Source: Parcubacteria group bacterium
GTDB lineage: Bacteria; Patescibacteriota; Minisyncoccia; Moranbacterales; UBA2206
Assembly (NCBI GenBank): GCA_041659505.1
Contig: JBAZYF010000001.1
Span: forward strand, 101,475-165,474
Direction: 5' to 3'
Length of the DNA stretch: 64,000 nucleotides
Made by a program: the position numbers and the translations under genes
Notes under the pieces: model-generated
What the model was told of the DNA's origin: nothing
The model's database searches: none
The model's input: only the letters and a program-made list of their open reading frames with translations
Shown here: one piece after another, positions 1 through 9,945 of the stretch
Layout: every line of letters begins with the position of its first letter
Position numbering within the stretch: position 1 is the stretch's first letter

Positions 1-281
1 AAGGCTTTCTGGATATTCTCCGCACTTTCCAGATTAGTCAGCAAGATAATGGGTATTTTTTTAGTTTCCTCGTCGGCCTTTAACATATCCAAGACTTCAA
101 AGCCATCCTTTTTTGGCAGGATAATATCCAGCAAGATTAGGTCTAGATTTTTCGTTTTGGCCAATTTCACCGCCTCCTCGCCATCAAACACGTTCATAAC
201 TTCGAAACCTTCTTCAGTCAAGAATTCCAGCAAAGCCTTATTCAGAGTCGGCTCATCTTCCGCAACTAATATTTTCGTCAT
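1..281 (-). CDS. Response regulator receiver protein (runs off window edge)
   Basis: Manual translation, not in the ORF track: MTKILVAEDEPTLNKALLEFLTEEGFEV...DLILLDIILPKKDGFEVL...IPIILLTN. CheY-like receiver next to a histidine kinase. Confidence 0.9.
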   Translation of the reverse strand, partial: MTKILVAEDEPTLNKALLEFLTEEGFEVMNVFDGEEAVKLAKTKNLDLILLDIILPKKDGFEVLDMLKADEETKKIPIILLTNLESAENIQKA

Positions 282-361
282 ATTTTTTTATTCCTCCAGA
301 CCTCTCCTCTATAGAAAACAATCCGGACGAGAAAATTAATTAACTTTAAAAATTGTTAAAC

Positions 362-1336
362 TTATTCACTTTGGATACTTTTTTCTTGCTTGACTTTTCT
401 GCTTACCGGGATAGAAAAGCTAAAAATAGAACCAAGACCTTCTACTGAATCAAACCAAATTTCTCCCCCCAACTGACCAATTATGTTTTTAGAGATGTAC
501 AGACCCAACCCGGTCCCCTCTGTCTGATATTTGACAATGTTATCACTACGAAAAAATTTATCAAACACACGTCCGTGCTGCTCAAGCGGTATCCCGACGC
601 CATTATCTTTAATGCTGAAAATGACAAATTCTCCTTTCTTGAGAAGTTTTATCTCAATTTTTCCATGGTTAGTAGTATATTTAATTGCATTACCCAGAAG
701 ATTCTCCACTACCATTTGTAGTTTTTCCGGATCACCAAAAACCAATGGAACTTTTTTGGTATCACTAAAAATTACTTCGATAGATTTTTCCTTGGTTAAT
801 GGAGAGACGCCAGTAATCGCTCCTTTCGTAATTAATACAAGATTGGTAGGCATTCTTTTAATGATGAGCCTCCCTTGATCGATTCTTGCTACATCTAAAA
901 GATCATTGATTAATCTGGTCATCTTATTGCTGAGTGTATTGATATTTTCAATGCTTTCACGCTGCTTTCCGTCGATTTTTTCCTTGCGAAACTTGCACAA
1001 TAACAACTCTGTTTCCCAGCGGATAGCAGAAAGTGGGGTGCGTAACTGATGCGAAGCAACAGAAACAAATTCGCTTTTCATTTTATTTAGCTTTATCATT
1101 TGTTCCACCATAGTAATCACAACATTGCCCACAACCAAAACAACGATCACCACGAAACTTTCTGCCACAACTAAGAGCTCGGGACTATCATAATTCTTTG
1201 AAACATAGAAAGTCGCTGTCATTATTACTACAGCAACAACACCCATCATAATAAACAAAAACCCAGGGGTCTGCCAAAATTTTACCCCCAACTCACGCGC
1301 TTGTTTTTTTAAATTCAAATCATTGACGATCCACAT
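362..1336 (-). CDS. Membrane sensor histidine kinase (HisKA + HATPase_c)
   Basis: Two TM helices, H-box SVASHQLRTPL, N-box NLLGNAIKY, DNGVGI and GTGLGL. Confidence 0.95.
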   Translation of the reverse strand: MWIVNDLNLKKQARELGVKFWQTPGFLFIMMGVVAVVIMTATFYVSKNYDSPELLVVAESFVVIVVLVVGNVVITMVEQMIKLNKMKSEFVSVASHQLRTPLSAIRWETELLLCKFRKEKIDGKQRESIENINTLSNKMTRLINDLLDVARIDQGRLIIKRMPTNLVLITKGAITGVSPLTKEKSIEVIFSDTKKVPLVFGDPEKLQMVVENLLGNAIKYTTNHGKIEIKLLKKGEFVIFSIKDNGVGIPLEQHGRVFDKFFRSDNIVKYQTEGTGLGLYISKNIIGQLGGEIWFDSVEGLGSIFSFSIPVSRKVKQEKSIQSE

Positions 1337-1508
1337 ATATCTTTTGTTTTACTTCGCTCCGCCGTATCCGCCAGCTGGCGGAGAAGAAGAGCTATTTTTA
1401 TTTTGTAATTAAATTATACCATAAAAAAATTAAAAAGTAGAGCACGCAACTAGAAAAGTTCTCCGATGCTAAACCTGCCGCATATAATCCAACCAGCAGA
1501 TCCCATTC

Positions 1509-3146
1509 TCACTCAACAGCAAGACCACTAGGAACACTGGGTGGAACCGTGTCCGCTCCTTGCAATTCATAGGCGCCGATATCATAGGCACCGCCTTGGG
1601 GACGGAGGAATGGTGAAGTGAATCCGGCACTGTTGATGGAAAGATTATAGGGACTGCCGAGGGTGGCGCCGGTGTTGATGGTGGGGCCTGATATGGTGGC
1701 GAAATAGTTTGTATTAGGAAGCATATTGGTGCCGTAGGTTCCATTAAAGCCGGTGGGAAGGGTGCCTCCGGTAAAGTTGGGGTCGGTGGTTTGGGCGGAT
1801 GCTTCCCAGGTGAGGACGCCGGCGCGATTATAACTCGTTCCACTACTGATGTGCGTGTCCGATAAACCAGAAGATCGATACACTAAATTGTTCGAGTGTG
1901 TCATAACATTATACTGATCGATAACCGGAATAAGATCATCGCCATAAACAATATTGTTCCGGAAATTGACTTCTGGTTCTCCGGTGTTTACACCAAAAAA
2001 TCCAATTGCGACAACGGCCTTAAAGTTTGTATTTTCATTCCCGGTTGAATAAATTGTATTATTATAGACATTAAAAACACTGCCCGTGTAATCATACCCG
2101 CCAGCAAGAGCAAACTCTGCTCCGTTTCCATTAGCATTCGTGATGCCATTATTGTAGATCAAGTTATTATAAAATGAAGCTGTTTCTGACAGACCTTGGA
2201 CATTAGTAATTGCAACGCCGTATAAAACATTTCCGCTGATAAGATTATTTCTAGCGATAAAATTATTCGGCGCCCCATTTTCCCCTTCCGGAGAAGTTCT
2301 GACAACTATTCCATAACCATTATTATTGATAAGCGTCGAGTATTCAACAGTAACATTGTCAACGTCATTGGCCATTTCCAGTCCACAGCCAGCTCCCAAT
2401 GCAGAACCGTTGTCCCGAGATACGCAATTCCTGATAAGCACACCGTCTATCTTGTTGCCGGGATAACCCCACGGAGCATACATGGCGATTCCTTCATGAT
2501 TGTTATTATGAAAGCTGGAGTTGAGAATTGATAAGTTGCTAGTAACTATGCCGGGGTTAGCCGTAGATATGACGTTTATGCCATAACCCCAATGTCCAGT
2601 GACGTTTGAATCTCCCGTATCCATAATATCGTGTACATCCACATTGTCGATCATGATGTTGGTTATATTCTCTGTGGCACTATTTCCAATCAAAATTCCT
2701 GAATTCCAATAATCATTCCCGTCCAGTTCAAATCCTCTGAATATCGTATTGCTAGTCGAGAGATCAACCATGCCATATGCGCCATTCGAATGATCTCCAA
2801 TGGCCTCAAATTTGGCTCTGGTTCCACTACCATAAGTTTCACCGTCATAGGTCACATTAGCTATGCCTATAGCTAAGACTCGTGATCCAGTTGGAGCAGC
2901 CCAGATATCTTGCGATCGGAAATAGACCGTGTCTCCATTGGCTAAAGTTACTGCTCCTGACCAGTTCGGCATTCCAGGGCAATGCGCCCAAGCATTTGCA
3001 TCATCTAGTCCAGAGAGAGCATCATTACCTCCGTTTTTGACATAGTAGGTGGCGGCACTAGCTTTAGCACTCATGCCAAAAATTGCAATAAACAAAATTG
3101 CTAGGAAAAAGATTTTTATTTTTGGATTTTTGATTTTGAGATTCAT
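1509..3146 (-). CDS. Secreted right-handed beta-helix (pectin-lyase-like) protein, array copy 1
   Basis: Signal peptide ending ASA-A, ATYYVKNGGND N-cap, Asn-ladder repeats, C-terminal DIGAYE...PSGLAVE. Confidence 0.85.
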   Translation of the reverse strand: MNLKIKNPKIKIFFLAILFIAIFGMSAKASAATYYVKNGGNDALSGLDDANAWAHCPGMPNWSGAVTLANGDTVYFRSQDIWAAPTGSRVLAIGIANVTYDGETYGSGTRAKFEAIGDHSNGAYGMVDLSTSNTIFRGFELDGNDYWNSGILIGNSATENITNIMIDNVDVHDIMDTGDSNVTGHWGYGINVISTANPGIVTSNLSILNSSFHNNNHEGIAMYAPWGYPGNKIDGVLIRNCVSRDNGSALGAGCGLEMANDVDNVTVEYSTLINNNGYGIVVRTSPEGENGAPNNFIARNNLISGNVLYGVAITNVQGLSETASFYNNLIYNNGITNANGNGAEFALAGGYDYTGSVFNVYNNTIYSTGNENTNFKAVVAIGFFGVNTGEPEVNFRNNIVYGDDLIPVIDQYNVMTHSNNLVYRSSGLSDTHISSGTSYNRAGVLTWEASAQTTDPNFTGGTLPTGFNGTYGTNMLPNTNYFATISGPTINTGATLGSPYNLSINSAGFTSPFLRPQGGAYDIGAYELQGADTVPPSVPSGLAVE

Positions 3147-3159
3147 TAGAAATTTTAAA

Positions 3160-4911
3160 TTATTCCACCGCTAGTCCGCTTGGCATATTCGGTGGAATCG
3201 CGTCAGATCCATGATATTCATAAGCACCAATGCTTGGAGGATTATTTATGGATTGTCCTAAATAATCCGTTGCCAGTCCCACATCGATTCCTGTCCATTT
3301 TGCGGGGGATGGAGCCGTTAGATTATAATCACCACCAGAAAAATTAAATAATAGAGGGTCAGAAACAGAACTATTAGCATCATACCCCAATGTGTTCCAT
3401 TGTAAAAATGTTTTACTTCCCCCATCATCTTCGATGGCCCATTCAGATGTGCCCCTATTAACATTGCTGGCCGGAAAGTACAAATTATAATTAATCACCG
3501 AGTTACTAACTGACCCTAAATACACAAGCCAATTTAAATTAGGGAGATTGTCGCTAACTACGATATTATTTTCAATGATATAGCTATCTAATTGGCCTAT
3601 TGAATATATGCCTATCCGACTGTCTGTTATGATCGTGTTATTATATATATAATTTTCTCCTCCTGGCGTAGCAATGGGAAAAATACTTAGATTACTAGTC
3701 CAACCATCAGAATTGCCGCCGTACAAAATATTGTAGTAAATTTTGTTATTATAAAAGGACGAGGCAAGTTGTTCAGGTGCTAATTGAATGGTATTTTGCA
3801 AAGTGTTGATATAATTTCTATAGATATTATTATTCGACCCATCGTGACAGGAACCGACATAATGAACAAATCCCCGGCACATCCCAGTAATATTATTTTC
3901 ATATACACTTGAGTTGTTTAAAGCTTGCGTCCCGATGCCTTCCGTATCTGTCCCACCTGACCAGCCCCAATATGTATAGGCGAAATCAATGTCATAATCA
4001 TTTCCGTATGTTCTCCAGATATAGGGGGTATTTTTGGCCTGAGAGCAATGAGTTATCGCATTAGATGCGATAGTTGCTCCCATAAAAGCACCCGCGTCAC
4101 CTTGAGTAGCAGTGTTAGCAGTTCCAAGCTCTATGCTATTTTGGACATAGCTAAAATTATTATCCGTGATACTAATTCCCGTGGATATGGCATTGTTGGT
4201 AAAAATCTGTACGCCTTGTATGATATCATCGAAATCAGAATTAGTAACTAGGATGTAATCATTATGAGAACCAGCAATGTTGGCAGTATAGACGCCATTG
4301 CCATATCTTCTAAAAGACAATCCATCAATAGTTATATAGCTATGAGAACCTAAGTTTATACCATACAAACGAGTATACTGAATAATGTGATCAGCCGGTA
4401 TCCCACTGGTTGGTTTATAGTAATTTTTCCATCCGCTTTCCCAGTATACATTTCCATAATTACATTCTGTGTCTCTGCCATATCTTAGTGGCACATCATC
4501 CTCATAGATTGCATTATTAGTCACCGCCGTTGTGCTATATACTCCAGCCACCGGATCATTGGCAGTCCACTCGGTAATTGTGACACTCCCATCCAGAATA
4601 GCCTTGCCTGTCCCATAAGAATTAATAATGATAGGATTCCCCTCTGTGCCAGAAGCGCCAACAGTAACTGTTCCATAATATGTCGTCCCACCTTTCTGCG
4701 AATAAGTATTGCCCGCCACCCACGATACTTCCGCCCAAGTTTTAAAAGGGCCACTAGCTCCGCAAGTTATAGTTGTACCATTGCCACTGCTTCCACAAGT
4801 TGGATCGATGTAGACCGTGGCAGCACTAGCCTTAGCACCAAAGCTAAAAAGGCCACAAAATATTAATAGACTTAGAAAAATTAATTTAGAATTTAGTAAT
4901 TTAGACTTCAT
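3160..4911 (-). CDS. Secreted beta-helix protein, divergent array copy 2
   Basis: Signal peptide, a different N-cap (ATVYIDPTC), Asn-rich beta-helix repeats, and the same IGAYE...PSGLAVE tail. Confidence 0.8.
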   Translation of the reverse strand: MKSKLLNSKLIFLSLLIFCGLFSFGAKASAATVYIDPTCGSSGNGTTITCGASGPFKTWAEVSWVAGNTYSQKGGTTYYGTVTVGASGTEGNPIIINSYGTGKAILDGSVTITEWTANDPVAGVYSTTAVTNNAIYEDDVPLRYGRDTECNYGNVYWESGWKNYYKPTSGIPADHIIQYTRLYGINLGSHSYITIDGLSFRRYGNGVYTANIAGSHNDYILVTNSDFDDIIQGVQIFTNNAISTGISITDNNFSYVQNSIELGTANTATQGDAGAFMGATIASNAITHCSQAKNTPYIWRTYGNDYDIDFAYTYWGWSGGTDTEGIGTQALNNSSVYENNITGMCRGFVHYVGSCHDGSNNNIYRNYINTLQNTIQLAPEQLASSFYNNKIYYNILYGGNSDGWTSNLSIFPIATPGGENYIYNNTIITDSRIGIYSIGQLDSYIIENNIVVSDNLPNLNWLVYLGSVSNSVINYNLYFPASNVNRGTSEWAIEDDGGSKTFLQWNTLGYDANSSVSDPLLFNFSGGDYNLTAPSPAKWTGIDVGLATDYLGQSINNPPSIGAYEYHGSDAIPPNMPSGLAVE

Positions 4912-4938
4912 TTTAAATTTAGAATTTAGACTTTAAAA

Positions 4939-6438
4939 TTATTCTACTGCTAGTCCTGATGGAACTGTTGGTGGAGTTGTATCTGTTCCTTGGTATTCAT
5001 AGGCGCCGATGTCATAAGCTCCGACTGGACGTAAGAATGGTGAAGAGAGTCCGGCGCTGTTGATGGAAAGATTATAGGGACTGCCGAGGGTGGCGCCGGT
5101 GTTGATGGTGGGGCCTGATGTGGTGGCGAAATAGTTTGTATTAGGAAGCATATTGGTGCCGTAGGTTCCATTAAAGCCGGTGGGAAGGGTGCCTCCGGTA
5201 AAGTTGGGGTCGGTGGTTTGGGCGGTGGGTTCCCAGGTGAGGACATCGGATCGGTTATAATTTATATTTGTCACAACATGATCGGCAATATCACTTGAAG
5301 ATCTAAAAATTAGATTATTGGAATGAGTAAGTAGACCCAGATAATCATAAACTGCTTGATAGTTGTCAGAGCATGCAATATTATTCTTGAAATTTATTAT
5401 GGGAGTACCAATGGCCCAACGCAGATTAATAGCACTATAGACATCTGCAAAGAGTGTATTATTATAAAAATTCAAAACTGTTCCCGTTAGATCACCACCC
5501 AGATAAATTTCGTTTGAACCATTACTGTAAATAAGATTATTGTTAATACCACCAGTAACAGCCACACCAGCACTATCAACATCATACACGGTTATGCCAT
5601 GATCGCCATTATTATATATAATATTATATTTTATATCTAAACCGGTAGGGCTTCCATTTTCGCCAATAATAGATATCCCATTTGAGGCTGAATTGTAAAA
5701 AGATGAAAACTCTACTATAACATTTCTCGCGTCATTTTTAATCGCCAACCCAGATCCCCACGTTGATCCATCTTGCCCAGAGTCATGGCCCGAACAATTA
5801 CGTAATATTATATTGCTTTCAATGCCGCTTCCTCCACTATATACAACAAACGCCTCGTGTCCAGTATTATATACATTCGTATTAGATATTAAAACATCGC
5901 TAACGGCCGTACTAGGCTGTGCCGACACTCTGACACCATAAACATAATTACCCTCTGGGCAAATATTATCATGCACCTGACAATCATCAATTATTATATT
6001 TGATTTGTCAGCACCATAAATAGTAATACCATCAGTAATTTGGCTGTTCATATCGACATTAAAACTCCTAACCGTAACATTACTCTGCCCGATAAAAATC
6101 ACATAAGCTAGATTGCCAGTGGCTTTAAATGTAGCCCTCGTCCCGCTTCCATATATAGATCCATCATAAATTACACCTGCAGTAGCTACTAAAACAGGCG
6201 TCGTTGCGCTTGTCCACACATCTTGGCTACGAAAATATACAGTATCCCCGCTCGTCACTGTTGCCTCCACTTTGTCAATCGTCTCCCAAGCATTAGCATC
6301 ATCCAACCCGGAAAGAGAATCATTGCCTCCGTTTTTGACATAATAGGTGGCGGCGCTGGCTTTGGCACTCACGCCGAAAATTGCTAAAAATAAAATTGTT
6401 AGGAAAAAGATTTTTAGTTTTAAGTTTTGGTTTGGCAT
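4939..6438 (-). CDS. Secreted beta-helix protein, array copy 3
   Basis: Same conserved N- and C-terminal blocks as copy 1. Confidence 0.85.
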   Translation of the reverse strand: MPNQNLKLKIFFLTILFLAIFGVSAKASAATYYVKNGGNDSLSGLDDANAWETIDKVEATVTSGDTVYFRSQDVWTSATTPVLVATAGVIYDGSIYGSGTRATFKATGNLAYVIFIGQSNVTVRSFNVDMNSQITDGITIYGADKSNIIIDDCQVHDNICPEGNYVYGVRVSAQPSTAVSDVLISNTNVYNTGHEAFVVYSGGSGIESNIILRNCSGHDSGQDGSTWGSGLAIKNDARNVIVEFSSFYNSASNGISIIGENGSPTGLDIKYNIIYNNGDHGITVYDVDSAGVAVTGGINNNLIYSNGSNEIYLGGDLTGTVLNFYNNTLFADVYSAINLRWAIGTPIINFKNNIACSDNYQAVYDYLGLLTHSNNLIFRSSSDIADHVVTNINYNRSDVLTWEPTAQTTDPNFTGGTLPTGFNGTYGTNMLPNTNYFATTSGPTINTGATLGSPYNLSINSAGLSSPFLRPVGAYDIGAYEYQGTDTTPPTVPSGLAVE

Positions 6439-6441
6439 TTT

Positions 6442-8046
6442 TTAATCTACACTTAGTCCACTCGGCGCATTCGGCGCAGTTATATCCGCTCCTTGATATT
6501 CATAAGCCCCAATATCATAAGCTCCAGCTAATCTAGCAATTGGATTGTCAGTACCGGCCGTGTTGATGTTGCCGTCATAGGGACTGCCAAGTGTGGCACC
6601 GTTGTTGATGGTGGGGCCGGATGTGGTGGCGAAATAATTGGTGTTGGGAAGCATGTCTGTGCCGTAGATGCCAGTGAAACCGGTAGGAAGCGTGCCGCCG
6701 TTAAATTGCGGGTCGGTGTTTTGGGCGGTGGGTTCCCAGGTATTGACCGCAGTTGAGGTATAGTCGGTAGTTTCCGTTTTAACTAACGTTCGACCAAGAG
6801 TTGTGGAATAAAATAAATTATTAGAATGATTCACAACTGGCGCTCCATCGATGAAAAGCTCTGTAAAATTACCGGCATACAAGATATTATTCTTAAAATT
6901 TACTTCTGCACCTTCTAGATTAGCCCACAAGCCTAAATTAACAAGACGAGCTGAATTCGTACAGGCCTTAGTCAGGGAATAAAAAGTATTATTGTAAATA
7001 TCAAAGACAGTGCCAGCCCCAAAAGCATCATCCGTGGCATTGCTACTTATGACAGAAAACTCAGCACAGTCCCCAATGCTCGGTTGACCATTTTCGTAAA
7101 GTAAGTTTCCATAGAAAGCACCTGACATAGTAAGTGCAGATGGGCTATATATGCGGATACCCGTATCAGCATTATTGTATATAACATTATATCTAACAAT
7201 CATGTTTATCGGGGCGGAAAAAACATTTTCCCCGCCTTCATAATCAGGCGAGGTTCTTACCAAAATTCCATCATGAATATTATCATACGCCCTGTTATAT
7301 TCGAGCGTAACATTTTTTGAATCATTAACGATAGAGAAACCTTCTAAATTATTGTGCGATATGCAATTTCTTACTAAAACAGTTTCGTTTTGGTTACCTG
7401 GCGTATTCCAACTAGCATAAACATCTATCCCGGTAGCATAGAGACAATCATATGTTTCAGTGTTTAATATTTGCACATTACTAGTTTTATGTCCTCCACT
7501 ATTGGAGACGATAATTCCATATCTGCCTGTATTGTGCACCGTACAATTATCAACGGTAATACCTGAGATGTCTTTGTCAGCAACATAGCCTATCCCGATA
7601 CCATCAAGCGAAGTTTGATCATTAGAATCTATATCAAACCCTCTAAAAATAATGTTACTTTCATTTAGGTCGGCAGTACTCCAATTGTTATACGAAGAGA
7701 CAGCATTTGATTTAAATTTAGCTCTTGTTCCTAATCCATAAGTAGCTCCGTCATAAATAACACCGCTAGTAGCATGCAACACGACTCCGGAAGTAATACT
7801 GGATTCCCACACATCTTGCGAACGAAAATAAACCATATCCCCGCTGGTCACTGTCGCCTCTACTTTAGCAATCGTCTCCCAAGCATTCGCATCATCCAAT
7901 CCCGAAAGACTATCATTGCCTCCGTTTTTGACGTAATAGGTGGCGGCACTGGCACTTGTACTCAAAACGAAAATCCCACTAAAGATAATTAGGCCAAAAA
8001 GGATTAAATTAAAATTTAGGAATCTAGTTTTCATTTCAAAATTCAA
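6442..8046 (-). CDS. Secreted beta-helix protein, array copy 4 (start may be ATG 8034)
   Basis: Same conserved termini; ends PSGLSVD. Confidence 0.85.
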   Translation of the reverse strand: MNFEMKTRFLNFNLILFGLIIFSGIFVLSTSASAATYYVKNGGNDSLSGLDDANAWETIAKVEATVTSGDMVYFRSQDVWESSITSGVVLHATSGVIYDGATYGLGTRAKFKSNAVSSYNNWSTADLNESNIIFRGFDIDSNDQTSLDGIGIGYVADKDISGITVDNCTVHNTGRYGIIVSNSGGHKTSNVQILNTETYDCLYATGIDVYASWNTPGNQNETVLVRNCISHNNLEGFSIVNDSKNVTLEYNRAYDNIHDGILVRTSPDYEGGENVFSAPINMIVRYNVIYNNADTGIRIYSPSALTMSGAFYGNLLYENGQPSIGDCAEFSVISSNATDDAFGAGTVFDIYNNTFYSLTKACTNSARLVNLGLWANLEGAEVNFKNNILYAGNFTELFIDGAPVVNHSNNLFYSTTLGRTLVKTETTDYTSTAVNTWEPTAQNTDPQFNGGTLPTGFTGIYGTDMLPNTNYFATTSGPTINNGATLGSPYDGNINTAGTDNPIARLAGAYDIGAYEYQGADITAPNAPSGLSVD

Positions 8047-8062
8047 ATTAAAAAATTTTAAA

Positions 8063-9937
8063 TTATTCTACGGCCAGTCCGCTCGGCGCTCCGGGCGCGG
8101 TTGTATCCGCTCCTTGATATTCATAGGCGCCAATATCATAAGCTCCAGCTAATCTAGCAATTGGATTGTCAGTACCGGCCGTGTTGATGTTGCCGTCATA
8201 GGGACTGCCAAGTGTGGCACCGTTGTTGAGGGCATTGCCGGAAGTTATTTTGAAATAGTCGGTGTTGGGCACTATGTTGGCTCCATAAGTGCCGGAGAAT
8301 CCAGTTGGCAAAGTTCCGCCGGTAAATTGTGGGTCGGTGTTTTGGGCGGTGGGTTCCCAGACTGTAGTGACTGATCGATCATAGGTACTAGCCACCCACT
8401 TCTCACCAGCTACCGTATTCACATCTGAATACATATTGCCACCTTCATCGCGATAGACTTTGAGATAATTTGCTGAAACTTCATAGATATAAAATAAAGA
8501 ACCATTGAGATCGGGTGAGCTAAATCCTGTCCATTTCACAAAATTACCAACACTAAACAAACTGGTCCAATCACCTCCGCCAACTTTGGTAAAATACATA
8601 TAATCCCCCACGATGGATACCGTAACCACAGTCGAAGAAATTGGGATACTATCGTATGCAGCATCCCTAATGACCGCCAAAGAAGAACCGTCAGAACGAT
8701 AAATTAAATTGCTAGAATGAGTGAGCCAATGATGGCGATCATCTACGGCATAGCTATCGGAAGTATAAATTATATTATTTTTAAAATTAAATACTGGCGT
8801 TCCAAAAATATTTCCTCCGTATTCTGCAACAGCCATACCCGTGCCATAGCTACCATCATTATAAATAGTGTTATTATAAAAACTAAAAACGCTTGATGAG
8901 TAGTTAGCATTAGACACTGATATGCCAGGAGAGTTGTTATAAATAATATTTCCATAAAATGACCCACTCAAAATCTGACTATAATTATCTTGGATGAGAA
9001 TTCCTGAATCATTGTCATAAAGTTCATTATATCTGACAAGCATATTATTAGGTCCGCCATTACCCACCCCTCCATCGGGCGAAGTTCGTATGCTGATACC
9101 ATCTGCTTGTCCAAACAAGGCACAATATTCAACCGTCACATTATCAGAATTATTATTTATTGCTATGCCCATCCCAACACCCGTTCCAAGGACATCGGTC
9201 CCATTATCATGTACCTTACAATTCCTAATTAGCACCCTGTCAACACCATTTCCGGTGGAATTCCAACTGGGATATATAGCAATACCCTCATGATAATTAC
9301 TATAAACTTCGCTGTCTAGAATGCTGATGTCTGTGTTGATTATACCATCAGTCCGAGAACTTATTAATATTCCATACATCCATTCAGCTGATAAATTAGC
9401 TGGGTTTCCTAAATCAAAGACCTTGCAATTTTCAATAATAATATTTGAAATAGGTGCAATCAGACTTGCACTATAGCCAACAGATATTCCGGTCGTATTT
9501 ATTTGATTTCCATCAATGGAAAAATTATTAAATGAAACATCGCTTACGTTAATTTCAACCAACTCATTGGTAGCATCTCCAGTAAATCCAGTGCTGGCCT
9601 GCAATACAGCTCTTGTGCCACTGCCATAAGCAGAGCCATCGTAAGTTACGCCTTCTGTAGCTCTTAATAGTGGTACCACAGTTGATGAAGATGTCCACGT
9701 ATCCTGACTGCGAAAATAAACCGTATCCCCACTCGTCACGGAAGATTGAACTTTAGCAATCGTCTCCCAAGCATTGGCATCATCCAACCCCGAAAGGCTA
9801 TCATTGCCTCCGTTTTTGACGTAGTAGGTAGAGGCACTAGCTTTTGCACTCACACCAAAAACTGCACAAAATATAATTACCAGGAAAAAGATTTTTAGTT
9901 TTGAGTTTTGGATTTTGAGCTTCATTTTAAATTTCAA
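8063..9937 (-). CDS. Secreted beta-helix protein with extra ~90-aa domain, array copy 5
   Basis: Conserved termini plus an insert (FTKVGGGDWT...KWTGFS) shared with copy 8. Confidence 0.85.
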   Translation of the reverse strand: MKFKMKLKIQNSKLKIFFLVIIFCAVFGVSAKASASTYYVKNGGNDSLSGLDDANAWETIAKVQSSVTSGDTVYFRSQDTWTSSSTVVPLLRATEGVTYDGSAYGSGTRAVLQASTGFTGDATNELVEINVSDVSFNNFSIDGNQINTTGISVGYSASLIAPISNIIIENCKVFDLGNPANLSAEWMYGILISSRTDGIINTDISILDSEVYSNYHEGIAIYPSWNSTGNGVDRVLIRNCKVHDNGTDVLGTGVGMGIAINNNSDNVTVEYCALFGQADGISIRTSPDGGVGNGGPNNMLVRYNELYDNDSGILIQDNYSQILSGSFYGNIIYNNSPGISVSNANYSSSVFSFYNNTIYNDGSYGTGMAVAEYGGNIFGTPVFNFKNNIIYTSDSYAVDDRHHWLTHSSNLIYRSDGSSLAVIRDAAYDSIPISSTVVTVSIVGDYMYFTKVGGGDWTSLFSVGNFVKWTGFSSPDLNGSLFYIYEVSANYLKVYRDEGGNMYSDVNTVAGEKWVASTYDRSVTTVWEPTAQNTDPQFTGGTLPTGFSGTYGANIVPNTDYFKITSGNALNNGATLGSPYDGNINTAGTDNPIARLAGAYDIGAYEYQGADTTAPGAPSGLAVE

Positions 9938-9945
9938 ATTGAAAA

